Source of the DNA: a virus
Lineage: Duplodnaviria > Caudoviricetes
IMG/VR virus record: IMGVR_UViG_3300021425_003324
Span: 1 to 64,000 of that record
Direction: 5' to 3' (one strand)
DNA: 64,000 nt
The notes under the pieces were generated by a model that saw only the letters and a program-made list of their open reading frames with translations, had not been told where the DNA came from and made no database searches. Positions 30,101 through 38,791 of the stretch are shown here, piece by piece; the first letter of the stretch is position 1, and every line of letters starts with the position of its first letter. Position numbers and translations under genes: made by a program.

Positions 30101-31728
30101 TTAGAACCTGCTCTTGCTGTAGCAGTTTTTTTAGATTGAACTAATTTTTGATTAATAGTTTCCCATTCTCTTGCAAATTTATCAGGTAATGCAGTTTGCG
30201 AAAACATATCGCTTAATCTAACCCATTCTTTTTGGTCTTCAGGCCTCATAAAAGTTGGCTCAATCTCTTCTACATTTGGCAACCTTTCTTTTGATTGAAC
30301 TTCTGGTTGTTCCTTACTATCCCCAGAAAGAGCGCTTACACCTTTGTCCCACAATCCTTTAAGTGTGTCACCAAAACCTTCTTCATTTATCCTAGATTCA
30401 TTTTTAGAAGTATTAAATAAGTCAGGATATTTTGCAAGTAACTGATTTGCTCGTTTTAGCCATAATTCTGCATTATATCTATCTAATGCCTGGACGTTTT
30501 TTCCTTGCCATTTGACTAGATTATGATCAGGAACCATTTTATCTAATTCATCGCCTGAATCGTCAGACATCATTTTAGCAATTTCTGGCCATACCTCTTC
30601 AATTCCTCCATGTTTGTAAATAGATATAATTCCGTTTTCATCTTCTCCAGTTTGTGCATTAAAATTTTTCCTCAAAGCGCCTAAAGCACTCATTAGCGTA
30701 GGGTTGTCTTTTGCATTATACGGAGGCGTAAAAGCTCGGTCTAAATTTCCAGTTGTTATATATTGTTGCAATGCTTTATCTATTATTGGTAAGAAATTTT
30801 TTCTATCAGACCAATCAAGATTTGTTGTAGCATTTTTATCTGCCGGACTATCAATGTCCATTGTATCATCAACAGAAAATTTTAAATCATATTTTGTTTT
30901 TCTTTTTTGTAAATTATCAAAAGCAGATTTTGCTTCCGGAGGTAAAGATTTTCCAAACATAGAAAACTGCTGTAGTAATACTTTCCAGTTTTCTTTATCT
31001 TGATCAGACATTTCTTCTTGTTCAAACAATTGCTGTAGGGTCAATCGAATACTTTCAGTTAAAGTGAAAGATTTTCCTAGTTCTACCGACTCTACATATC
31101 TGTTTAATAATTCATTGCCTAATTTAATCCAATCCTGCCAATTGTCTTTACTCAGCTGTGGTACATCAGTTCCATTCCATTTAACTTTAACTTGACCTCC
31201 GCCGCTAAAAAAATCTTGTTTACCGTGATTTTTATAATCTGGAGATGATGATTTATCATCTTTTTCTGGTTCTTTTTCTGGTTCTTTTTCTGGTTCAATT
31301 TCTTTAAACTTATCGTTCCATTTCAAATTATATTTTTTTGCAATTTTTTGATCTAACCATCCAAGTTCATTTTGTTTACGTGCAGATGTTAAATCACCTT
31401 TTTTAAATTCTTTAAACGTTCCGTCTGTTTGCAATGCAGTACTAACAGTTGTACCATCCGGTGCCGTGAATGCACGTAATTTTAAAGTTTGAGCTAATCT
31501 GCCATAGAATCTATTTTTAATATAATCATCATTTACGACCTTAAAAAATCCTGCATGATCGTTAATTAACCACTCGAGTTTTTGCTCTAACTTTTGAGGA
31601 GTATAATCTCGTGAAATTCCTCTTGGAGCAACAGCATTATCAATGTCTTTATCTATTTCAGTCGTGTCACCAACTTTTTTAATAGAATATTCAGATATAG
31701 AATCTATTTTTTCTAACAAATCTCTCAT
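27184..31728 (-). CDS. 1514-aa protein with three internal repeat modules, probable internal head/ejection protein
   Basis: MRDLLEKIDSISE N-terminus, repeated V(K/Q)(W/Y)xG...W...N.LL.(K/R)Y modules, C-terminal LLKNAGL. Confidence 0.6.
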   Translation of the reverse strand: MRDLLEKIDSISEYSIKKVGDTTEIDKDIDNAVAPRGISRDYTPQKLEQKLEWLINDHAGFFKVVNDDYIKNRFYGRLAQTLKLRAFTAPDGTTVSTALQTDGTFKEFKKGDLTSARKQNELGWLDQKIAKKYNLKWNDKFKEIEPEKEPEKEPEKDDKSSSPDYKNHGKQDFFSGGGQVKVKWNGTDVPQLSKDNWQDWIKLGNELLNRYVESVELGKSFTLTESIRLTLQQLFEQEEMSDQDKENWKVLLQQFSMFGKSLPPEAKSAFDNLQKRKTKYDLKFSVDDTMDIDSPADKNATTNLDWSDRKNFLPIIDKALQQYITTGNLDRAFTPPYNAKDNPTLMSALGALRKNFNAQTGEDENGIISIYKHGGIEEVWPEIAKMMSDDSGDELDKMVPDHNLVKWQGKNVQALDRYNAELWLKRANQLLAKYPDLFNTSKNESRINEEGFGDTLKGLWDKGVSALSGDSKEQPEVQSKERLPNVEEIEPTFMRPEDQKEWVRLSDMFSQTALPDKFAREWETINQKLVQSKKTATARAGSKWYDELDPSSKKSTKMVQYQGKEVEELNRGNWKEWINRAQRLLAKYAYTYGSKKKTESIHEELRYYIRLVEKGENIDWSKIEIMSADDERDWNTIKNMFSRMVDMLPDEATNAWEEIDWQKRKGDVYAKAKQRAQADTDDPALGGSSGFDPGTKSSGTFKGNADDVERDAERDAADARLKTQANANDRLDKFKQDKTDGTQYAKSKGDLGYYADYINAVLSNPTADNLVTQANKVLGEVGFFDTRWNAMNNFYGIIAQELGLEGLISHVDTATNPPQVFYSRAKQTELSKKLGDKMPRGEFESDNVDFSDPKHRKIAQAQLNKNLLPASITYQQQKVNPQEEFDITKTADDSTKPMKSQDELNKMYGVTSDDASANQPPEQSSKGLTVDSILKMSPRDIRKLRVTKDNYTIIKDAIHYYLKKYPQSAKKTEAKKIIGKRLFEADIDVKELANDRARLEALASILNVYINGPEVDGLINFDKQFASKMVRDINGVFQSIEALQSGQTTADGGAAARKVGSEFGKKVGQKFVQQRKTDKLHYERFIPLPTEINNLLRLPQSRTYYVDRIRDSESNAGANLSDTLNIVNQDTANGGSYKIARQISKDMSQAAYKAIIDMLKSRNLEFIDQAEWAKLKKWNDMAGDGPGGGDILNAPNDRWKTKRKDGSYIDTSPQRVDFGNKQSDQKPSELQGPDVNDQSVGSWGTDTSNYQGRERKYPHFIRQTDLGYDVYVQRPEGVAKVKGGPFKTEEAAKEFARGRASEIIPDPRPSVTTPITGNGKTDESDLKDIQQLNASAQNMLKILNDQKMNDTDKKTAYNNWFNTYDDEYQDLTAMLKYPKTSDVLKTAINDSLLRQKNVIDKYKQLYGSTANAGQPSNVNNLNQAPNPGEITNPVQTGDVPAKYVVDTVTKDRKTQYRVYNKENALDITYYDTEAEANTAAAQKNKEAATANVQVRDSTDFRRLLKNAGLLKEFY

Positions 31729-32237
31729 TATTTTTCCTTAGCAATGCCTTTAGTTGGATCATATTCGTTTTCTTTTTTTGCAGTTTCTAATTCTTTTAAT
31801 AGATCCATAACCCTATTTTGTCCAACTTGATCCTGTGCAGATTCTCCGCCAAGTTCTTCTTTGGTAAGCAGTGTTTCGTATTGTGTAGGTTCTTTTTCTT
31901 CTTGATACTTTTCTGTTTCATCATTTTCTCCACGTACTCGCAAATGACTAGCAGGATAATCAGTATTAAGTGTTAGATAACTTTCTAAAACATGACTTGT
32001 AGTTGGATAACTTACTTCAGCATCAAAAGTAGTAACTTCACAGTTAGTTAATTGAGGAAAGTCTAATGGTCTTTCAGTAATAGGAGTTGTTTTGCCTTTT
32101 GAGAAACTAACAACTTCATACTTGTTAAGAGCGGTTTCAAGTCTATCAACAAAGCCTTCTGGTAATTCTCCAGCAGCTCTAATTTTAAATTTATAAGTTT
32201 TTTTCGATTCGGTTAAAAATTCTTTAAGTGATTTCAT
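31728..32237 (-). CDS. Hypothetical head protein with a T4-like capsid-targeting N-terminus
   Basis: MKSLKEFLTES resembles the T4 CTS MKTYQEFIAE; ATAAATA at 32259-32265. Confidence 0.6.
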   Translation of the reverse strand: MKSLKEFLTESKKTYKFKIRAAGELPEGFVDRLETALNKYEVVSFSKGKTTPITERPLDFPQLTNCEVTTFDAEVSYPTTSHVLESYLTLNTDYPASHLRVRGENDETEKYQEEKEPTQYETLLTKEELGGESAQDQVGQNRVMDLLKELETAKKENEYDPTKGIAKEK

Positions 32238-32257
32238 TGCAATAATCCTAGTTTTAT

Positions 32258-32746
32258 CTATTTATCCATATTTTTTAGTTTTTCTAACAGGCTGTTACGA
32301 TCTGTAACTAAGACTCCTTCGCCTTGAATAATATTTTGCTCTGGATTAGCTTCTTTATCTAATTTTTCTTTCTTTAATTGTAACTCGACCATTTTTAACT
32401 TTTTATCTAATTTTGCTACTTTGCTATCTAGATTAACTTTTAACATTTGGCCAGCAACTTCGAAAATTCGACCACTAAATCTTGCTTCTACGTTCATACC
32501 TAAATCCATTAAGTCATCATATGCTGCCATAGATTTTTCACTAACTTCATCTAGTTCTGCATCTCCTATATCTCCTAAACCTTTTACACTAGGTAATGCT
32601 GCTGCAATCTTATCATATTCTTGTAACTGTTCTAGGGTTTCAGTTGGAATATGGGTTTTTTTTGGTTTTTTTTGTTGCTTGTCGTCTTGGTTAATTATAT
32701 CTTTTGATTCTGGTAAGTTAAGCAAATCTTCTAATTTTTTTGTCAT
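32258..32746 (-). CDS. Putative terminase small subunit (gp16-like)
   Basis: Helical, RIFEVAGQML motif and C-terminal DRNSLL; late motif at 32768-32774. Confidence 0.5.
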   Translation of the reverse strand: MTKKLEDLLNLPESKDIINQDDKQQKKPKKTHIPTETLEQLQEYDKIAAALPSVKGLGDIGDAELDEVSEKSMAAYDDLMDLGMNVEARFSGRIFEVAGQMLKVNLDSKVAKLDKKLKMVELQLKKEKLDKEANPEQNIIQGEGVLVTDRNSLLEKLKNMDK

Positions 32747-32776
32747 GACAAATTCTCTAATAATTACTATTTATTA

Positions 32777-33214
32777 TTACCTCCTTGCGCCATAATGAAA
32801 AATGTCATTTTCAGTAATTACTCTAAAAATAATTCCTTGCTTTTTGCACCACATTTTTGCAGCGGCCCATTTAGCCTGATTTAAAATATAGTGTGCTTGA
32901 TTATTCCTACTACGCCCAGTTTTTTCCTTAAGAGTTTGACTCGCAGGTTTAATTTCTATAAGTTCTGTTCTAACTTTGCCAGTCTTGTCGCTAAATTGGA
33001 TTAAAAAATCAGGAACATAAATTGTAGGCTTGCCAGTTAATGGATTGATATAGGGAATTTTAATACCTTCTGATACCCATTGTGTTATACTAGGATGTTC
33101 GTCACAGAAGCGCATCATAGTAAATTCCCAACTACTCCTATACAAAGGTGTACTACCACCTATGTATTTTTCTGGATTTTTACAGCGGAATCTACCTTGT
33201 GCAAAACGTGCCAT
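32777..33214 (-). CDS. Head completion nuclease (T4 gp4 / TnsA-like)
   Basis: NPEKY, YRSSWE, W.SE...IPY, YVPDF, EIKP, N.AKW.AA. Confidence 0.9.
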   Translation of the reverse strand: MARFAQGRFRCKNPEKYIGGSTPLYRSSWEFTMMRFCDEHPSITQWVSEGIKIPYINPLTGKPTIYVPDFLIQFSDKTGKVRTELIEIKPASQTLKEKTGRSRNNQAHYILNQAKWAAAKMWCKKQGIIFRVITENDIFHYGARR

Positions 33215-33215
33215 T

Positions 33216-36200
33216 TTAAGATATTGTTATTGTATTCCACATACCAAAGTGAATAGAACATTGATATCCATATGTTCCCGGTCCATCAGTTGCTGTTGTC
33301 CAATCTAAATCACCCATAGTTGCTCCTTGACCTGTTGCTCCAGATACTTGATTACCTGTGCCTGTGCTTTGTGAGGTTTTAATATAAAATGGATGACTTG
33401 ATGCGCTTACGGAAAATCTTACTTTATCACCGTTATTAAAACTTAATGTAGGTTGCGATGCGTTTGAATAACTACCTGATCTGTCATTACCTGTAAACAA
33501 ATAGTTATTGCCACTGTTTGTGACTGTGATTGTATAATCGGGATTAAATGCAGGAGTTTGGCTTGTGTCATTTATAGTTACACTTGTGCTGGTGTCTACT
33601 ATTGTTCCACTTGTACTACCTGTCCTTATTTGTGCTTGGAATGTTTCTGCACCTTCTGTAGTTGTATCTGCAGTCGGTGTAACTGAAAAAGAACCTGCAT
33701 CTGAGTTTATAGTAAAACTTCCGCTTGAAGTACCAAAGTCTCCAGCATTTGTTACTGTCCAGTATAGTGTTGTACCGTTTGAAACATTTGTAGTTGTTAC
33801 ATTAAATGTTAAACTACTACCTTCGTTAACGTTATTTGCAGCAGGTGATACATCATACGTAGGAGTTTGTGCTTGGCTTGTATCAATAATAGTAACTGAT
33901 CTATTTAAACTCCCTGTAGCTGTGCTTGCACTATCTGTTGCTGCTAAGGTCAAAGTTAAAGTTTCGTTACCTTCTGTTGTAACATCATTGTCTAATGTAA
34001 ATGATACAGAGCCTGTATCGCTATTTATAGTGATATCTCCTGTTAATGAACCGCTGCTTAGATCACTTGCACTTATACCAGAGACTGTATACCCTATCGT
34101 TGTTCCGTTAATTACATTTGATGTAGATACTGTAAATGTTACTGTATCTCCTTCGTTGATTGAACTTGCAGAAGATGTTAACGAATCATAACTAGGCCCA
34201 GGTGTTTGACTTGTATCATTTACTGTTACACTATCACTTAATCCACCAGTGCTTGTACCTGCACTATCTGTTGCATCTAGTGTTACTGTTAGTGTTTCAC
34301 TACCTTCTGTAGTAAGATCATTTTCCAGCGTAATTGCTAATGACCCTGTATTGTTGTTAATCGTAATATTGCCTGTTAATGATGCTGCAGTAATATCATT
34401 TACATCTACGCCTGAAATTGTGTATCCTATTGTAGTTCCATTTACTATATTTGATGTGTTGACTGTAAAGGTAACAGTTCCTCCTTCATTTACATCACTT
34501 AAATTTGCAGTAAATGAATCGTATGACAATACTGGAGCTTGACTTGTATCATTTATAGTTACACTACCTGATTCTGCAACCTGAGTACCACCTACACTGT
34601 CATTGTAAATTACAGCATAAAACGTTTCTGCACCTTCAGTAGTCGTGTCTGCAGTAGGAGTAACTGTAAATGATCCTGCATTTGATGTTATTGTAAAATT
34701 ACCGCTCGAAACTACAAAATCATTAGTTGGTATAACTTGCCAATAAAGAGTTGTTAAATCTGAAATATTAGTAGTTGTTACATTAAATGTTAAACTACTA
34801 CCTTCATCTACATTATTTGCAACCGGAACAACTAAATAGGTAGGTCCATCAGGTGTAAATGTAGTATTACCTAATGTAAATTTACTATTTGTAGTTACGT
34901 TTAATGGTTGTCGCCCGTAGCGGGAGAAAGCATGTCTATTAGGTGCGCCTACAAGACTTGTGGTGTAATTGCCATAATCTGTTGTACTGCCTGTATCTTG
35001 AATCACTGATTTGGAGTCGTTAATAAGTTTTTGTAGTATTTGTTCCGGAGTTAAACTTGGGTCAGCTTCTAAATGTAAAGCACACAGACCTGCTATTTGA
35101 GGACTTGCCATACTAGTGCCGCCAATGCTCATTATTTTATAATTTGTGTTTGCTGGATAATTATAAACTACATATCTATTTGAGTCATAAGTTGTAGGTG
35201 CAGAAGCCATAATGTCAGTTCCGGGCGCAAATATATTTACTGCAGGACCTCGCGCAGAGCTTGTTGCTGTTTGATCTAGATAAGTGGTATTAAAATATTG
35301 ACTAGAACTCAAATTACCTACAAAAAATGCTCTTGCATCATACGGGCTGCTAGGTCGATGGTAATAACGGGTTGTTGTAACTACACAAGAATTGTCATAG
35401 TCTAAACCTCCTACTACGTCTGATTTATGACAATGATTACCTGCGGCTATACAAACTGTTACACCAGCATCAATTAATTCTTCTACTTCAACATCTGTAG
35501 GGGCATCTTGTCCTGGAAAGATTCTAAAAGGTGTACCACTACCAAATATTCTTTCACAAATTCCGTAATTATTCACAAGATCACTGTCTGTTTCGGTACT
35601 GTATGTCCATGCAGTACCTCTATAATTTCCAGATGTAGGTTGACTAGTAAGATATGCACTAAAACCAAAACTCATATTAACAACCGTAGGTCTACCAGTG
35701 TAGGCAGGATCTAATGGGTCATTCTTTTTTGTGTGCCATAAACGAACAACATCATACACATCTGAGTAAGATATGCCGGTACCGCCGTCTCCACTGCCTT
35801 CTAGCCCATTGACTTTTACAGAGTAAATTGCGGCTTCTTTTGCCCAACCGTATGTTTTACCTGCTGCTATACCAGCACAATGTGTTCCGTGACCGTCAAA
35901 GTCTCTGTAGTGGTTTGCGCTTTGAGTTCCGGATAACCCGCTTGCTGTATACCAATCTATCTCAACTAATCTTGTATTTCCTTCTGAATCTTCCCATTCC
36001 GGATGTCCTGGTTCGATTCCAGAATCCATAATCACTACATCTACACCTTTACCAGTTAAAGCATATTGATAACCGCCGGTAATTGTTGTTCCGTTGTTCC
36101 ACGTATTTATTTCTTCTATCATCCGACGTAATCCCCAGTTTACGTCTGTATTATTATTTTCACCTCTGTAAAACGACCCTTCCTGTGTTTCAGCAAAGCC

Positions 36201-36446
36201 GATTTGAATGTCGTCTCTATCCTGTGCAGGAATTTCAACTGCATACACTCTTGGATCAGCCCTTAGATCATTTGCTTCTTGATCTGTAAGCATCCAATGG
36301 GTCATTCTTCTTGAACCTAATCGTGGATTTGCTATAGCGACTGTACGATTAGGTATTGGTCCTTCCCCAGACGATGCTGCAAGTTCCGCATCAAATGCTT
36401 CTAAATCAACACCCTTTTTAACAATTACTACGTATTCTTTTTCCAT
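33216..36446 (-). CDS. S8 subtilisin-like protease with four Calx-beta/Ig-like repeats and a C-terminal cupredoxin-like domain
   Basis: Triad VIMDSG / HGTHCAG / GTSMASP; repeats (V/I)xEG..TF.V.T.N; HPF...YQCSIHFGM. Confidence 0.85.
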   Translation of the reverse strand: MEKEYVVIVKKGVDLEAFDAELAASSGEGPIPNRTVAIANPRLGSRRMTHWMLTDQEANDLRADPRVYAVEIPAQDRDDIQIGFAETQEGSFYRGENNNTDVNWGLRRMIEEINTWNNGTTITGGYQYALTGKGVDVVIMDSGIEPGHPEWEDSEGNTRLVEIDWYTASGLSGTQSANHYRDFDGHGTHCAGIAAGKTYGWAKEAAIYSVKVNGLEGSGDGGTGISYSDVYDVVRLWHTKKNDPLDPAYTGRPTVVNMSFGFSAYLTSQPTSGNYRGTAWTYSTETDSDLVNNYGICERIFGSGTPFRIFPGQDAPTDVEVEELIDAGVTVCIAAGNHCHKSDVVGGLDYDNSCVVTTTRYYHRPSSPYDARAFFVGNLSSSQYFNTTYLDQTATSSARGPAVNIFAPGTDIMASAPTTYDSNRYVVYNYPANTNYKIMSIGGTSMASPQIAGLCALHLEADPSLTPEQILQKLINDSKSVIQDTGSTTDYGNYTTSLVGAPNRHAFSRYGRQPLNVTTNSKFTLGNTTFTPDGPTYLVVPVANNVDEGSSLTFNVTTTNISDLTTLYWQVIPTNDFVVSSGNFTITSNAGSFTVTPTADTTTEGAETFYAVIYNDSVGGTQVAESGSVTINDTSQAPVLSYDSFTANLSDVNEGGTVTFTVNTSNIVNGTTIGYTISGVDVNDITAASLTGNITINNNTGSLAITLENDLTTEGSETLTVTLDATDSAGTSTGGLSDSVTVNDTSQTPGPSYDSLTSSASSINEGDTVTFTVSTSNVINGTTIGYTVSGISASDLSSGSLTGDITINSDTGSVSFTLDNDVTTEGNETLTLTLAATDSASTATGSLNRSVTIIDTSQAQTPTYDVSPAANNVNEGSSLTFNVTTTNVSNGTTLYWTVTNAGDFGTSSGSFTINSDAGSFSVTPTADTTTEGAETFQAQIRTGSTSGTIVDTSTSVTINDTSQTPAFNPDYTITVTNSGNNYLFTGNDRSGSYSNASQPTLSFNNGDKVRFSVSASSHPFYIKTSQSTGTGNQVSGATGQGATMGDLDWTTATDGPGTYGYQCSIHFGMWNTITIS

Positions 36447-36453
36447 AATTTTC

Positions 36454-37284
36454 TTATATTAAGTTTACCCAAGCACCATTTTCGTAACCTTGGAATTTGT
36501 TGTCGGTTACATTGTATATAATATCACCATTGCCTGCAGTTAAAGCATTTCTTTCTGTAGTAGTTAAAACAGGTGGTCTAAAAGCACCGCCAATTACTCT
36601 AGTTCCGTCTGCAGAATTCAATGTTAAGGTACTTGCACTATCTAAAGTTATAGTACCAGTTCCTGAAGTTTCTAAGGCACTAAAACTTAGTGTTCCTGAT
36701 GTTGAAAAGTCATCGTTTATCCATTGTGTACCACTCCATTTTAGGAATTGTCCACTTTGAACTGTAGTAATATTTGTATCAGACAAGTCGTTTAATACTG
36801 CATCAATATCTAGTATTTGTTTCCAGTTGCCGCTATGAGCAAAATATGCATGACCTTCTGTGTGAGCGTGGGCAAACATTCCATGATAGGTGCTTGCATT
36901 TACTGTCGTATCTAAGGTGTTAAAATCTGCAAAGACGTTTGAATACCATAATTGGCCAGTTGTTACTAGATTACCAGTATCGTCGATTGTTATAGCAGAA
37001 TTTTGCAGTGTATCACCAGTTGTGCCATCAAACCGTACAATAGCATTATCAGTTGAACTTGCTGCTTTTGTAACATCTCCGGTTGCGGTTGCACTTATTA
37101 CACCATCTACATCTATTGTTATATTTGTACCTTGCTTTACACCACCTAAAACAGTATTAGTTGCAATAGGTAAAGTATATGGAGTTGCTGCGGAAGTCCA
37201 AGTAGTTCCGTCCCATGTCCAAGTTATATCACCTACTGTAAGAGTATCGTTAAGTACTGGTGAATTTGGAAAATTAATTGCCAT
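36454..37284 (-). CDS. Tail fibre-like protein
   Basis: MAINFPNSP, WTWDGTTW, LNDLSD..QFLKWSGTQW, LTTTERNAL..GDIIYN motifs. Confidence 0.7.
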   Translation of the reverse strand: MAINFPNSPVLNDTLTVGDITWTWDGTTWTSAATPYTLPIATNTVLGGVKQGTNITIDVDGVISATATGDVTKAASSTDNAIVRFDGTTGDTLQNSAITIDDTGNLVTTGQLWYSNVFADFNTLDTTVNASTYHGMFAHAHTEGHAYFAHSGNWKQILDIDAVLNDLSDTNITTVQSGQFLKWSGTQWINDDFSTSGTLSFSALETSGTGTITLDSASTLTLNSADGTRVIGGAFRPPVLTTTERNALTAGNGDIIYNVTDNKFQGYENGAWVNLI

Positions 37285-37302
37285 GTTTATCTATTCCTTT
37301 TC

Positions 37303-38313
37303 TCATAAATCATGAATAATTATCATGATTTCGCCTAAATCTAATGGAGTTTCATTCCAACGTCTAATTATAAATTCAACTCTGTCAACAAATCTTGTTG
37401 TGCTAATTTGTACTCCATTTCCTGCTGTCCAGTTAGTACCATCATAAGACGCATTTACAATGTAATCTGTTCTAGCAGAGTAAGGAGATGGAAATGTAAG
37501 GGTATATACAACATCTAAACCTTGAGCTGATCCGTCACCGCCGGACTTTGATACAGTATAACCGGTTGTGCCCATCCATGTTGGATTGTTACCATTCATA
37601 TTAATACAACCGATTGCAGTTGGTGAACTTTGTGAAGGACTGGAACCACCTTGTGGTGTGGCATCAACCCATTGCAAACTTGTACCGTCATTGTAATAAA
37701 TTTTTAGTAAGCCGTTGCTTGAATTCCACCAAAGATCCCCATTAGCAGCAGTCACGGGAGCTGTATCAGAAATAGATACAGCAGTACCTGTCGTTAAATA
37801 TCCAGCAGTTGAGTGATCTCCCCAACTGTAAGCTGTATTCCAATTAGAAATTTCAGTATTTCCAATTCCTGCTGCAGGGCTTTGGGTAAAAACTGGATCA
37901 GTTTCTGTGTAGGCAAATGTAGATGCTACCCAAGCTGTTCCATTCCATTTTAACAATTGGTTGGTGTCAGGACTATCTGTAAGATCAACATCTTGTAATG
38001 ATCCTAAACTTATATCAGGTAAGGTAGTAAGATAGCCTGCATTGGCATGATTACCCCAGTTGTAAGCTGTTGACCAATTATTAATATTTTGTGTCGATAT
38101 TTCACTTGCTGCGCTTGCTTCAAAAACAGGATCTGTTTCTTGGTAAAAAGTTAAGTAACCAGCCAAAGCATGATTACCCCAAGTATAAGCAGTGTTCCAA
38201 TTGTTTTGTGAATTTTCTAAAGCAACTGTGCGAGAATTTAAGTCGGTAAAATTTCCATCAAGTTCTTCAAAAGTAAGTGCTTCGCTTTTGTTTAATCTTA
38301 GTATTATAGCCAT
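37303..38313 (-). CDS. Tail fibre-like protein with NWxTAYxWGxH repeats
   Basis: LTFEELDGNF N-terminus, three repeats, P...GDLWW module. Confidence 0.7.
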   Translation of the reverse strand: MAIILRLNKSEALTFEELDGNFTDLNSRTVALENSQNNWNTAYTWGNHALAGYLTFYQETDPVFEASAASEISTQNINNWSTAYNWGNHANAGYLTTLPDISLGSLQDVDLTDSPDTNQLLKWNGTAWVASTFAYTETDPVFTQSPAAGIGNTEISNWNTAYSWGDHSTAGYLTTGTAVSISDTAPVTAANGDLWWNSSNGLLKIYYNDGTSLQWVDATPQGGSSPSQSSPTAIGCINMNGNNPTWMGTTGYTVSKSGGDGSAQGLDVVYTLTFPSPYSARTDYIVNASYDGTNWTAGNGVQISTTRFVDRVEFIIRRWNETPLDLGEIMIIIHDL

Positions 38314-38777
38314 TATTCTACATATCCTGGTTCTACGTAATCAAAATTCATGTAATTTGTATCTGTAGTTTCTTCTTCGTCTAGTACGATAAATTCAGCT
38401 ATGCCTGCAGTAATAGGATCATTTATATTTCGTAATTCAAATAATTTATCAGTTACAGGAGATCGATAACCCAATTGTGATGTCCTATCTCTGCTGCTGT
38501 TCAATATCTTTGTTATAATAAAACTTAGTCGATTATTAGGTAAAATTTTTAACGTGTCTAAAAGTTGAAATATTTTTATTCCTTCTAATTTTGCTTGATT
38601 AAGAAGAACTTGGCTAATAGTTTTAGCTGCACTTATTTCAAAATTCCGTTGAGTAAAAAATCCTACGGTTGCATCAAAATCACTCGCAGAAAATTCTAAC
38701 GGTTTTGTAAAATAATTGTCAAAAAATTGCACTATTTTATGATCATCCGTTATTGTTTTTGTAGGTAAATTAGACAT
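38313..38777 (-). CDS. Hypothetical structural-region protein
   Basis: ORF in tail operon; C-terminal YVEPGYV. Confidence 0.65.
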   Translation of the reverse strand: MSNLPTKTITDDHKIVQFFDNYFTKPLEFSASDFDATVGFFTQRNFEISAAKTISQVLLNQAKLEGIKIFQLLDTLKILPNNRLSFIITKILNSSRDRTSQLGYRSPVTDKLFELRNINDPITAGIAEFIVLDEEETTDTNYMNFDYVEPGYVE

Positions 38778-38791
38778 TTGTAACCTTTTTA

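Noticed and set aside
33565-34542. Plus-strand ORFs of 208 and 97 aa, and similar antisense ORFs elsewhere (e.g. 1677-2036, 36890-37315, 59508-59930)
   Set aside because: Shadow frames opposite well-supported genes, explained by codon bias
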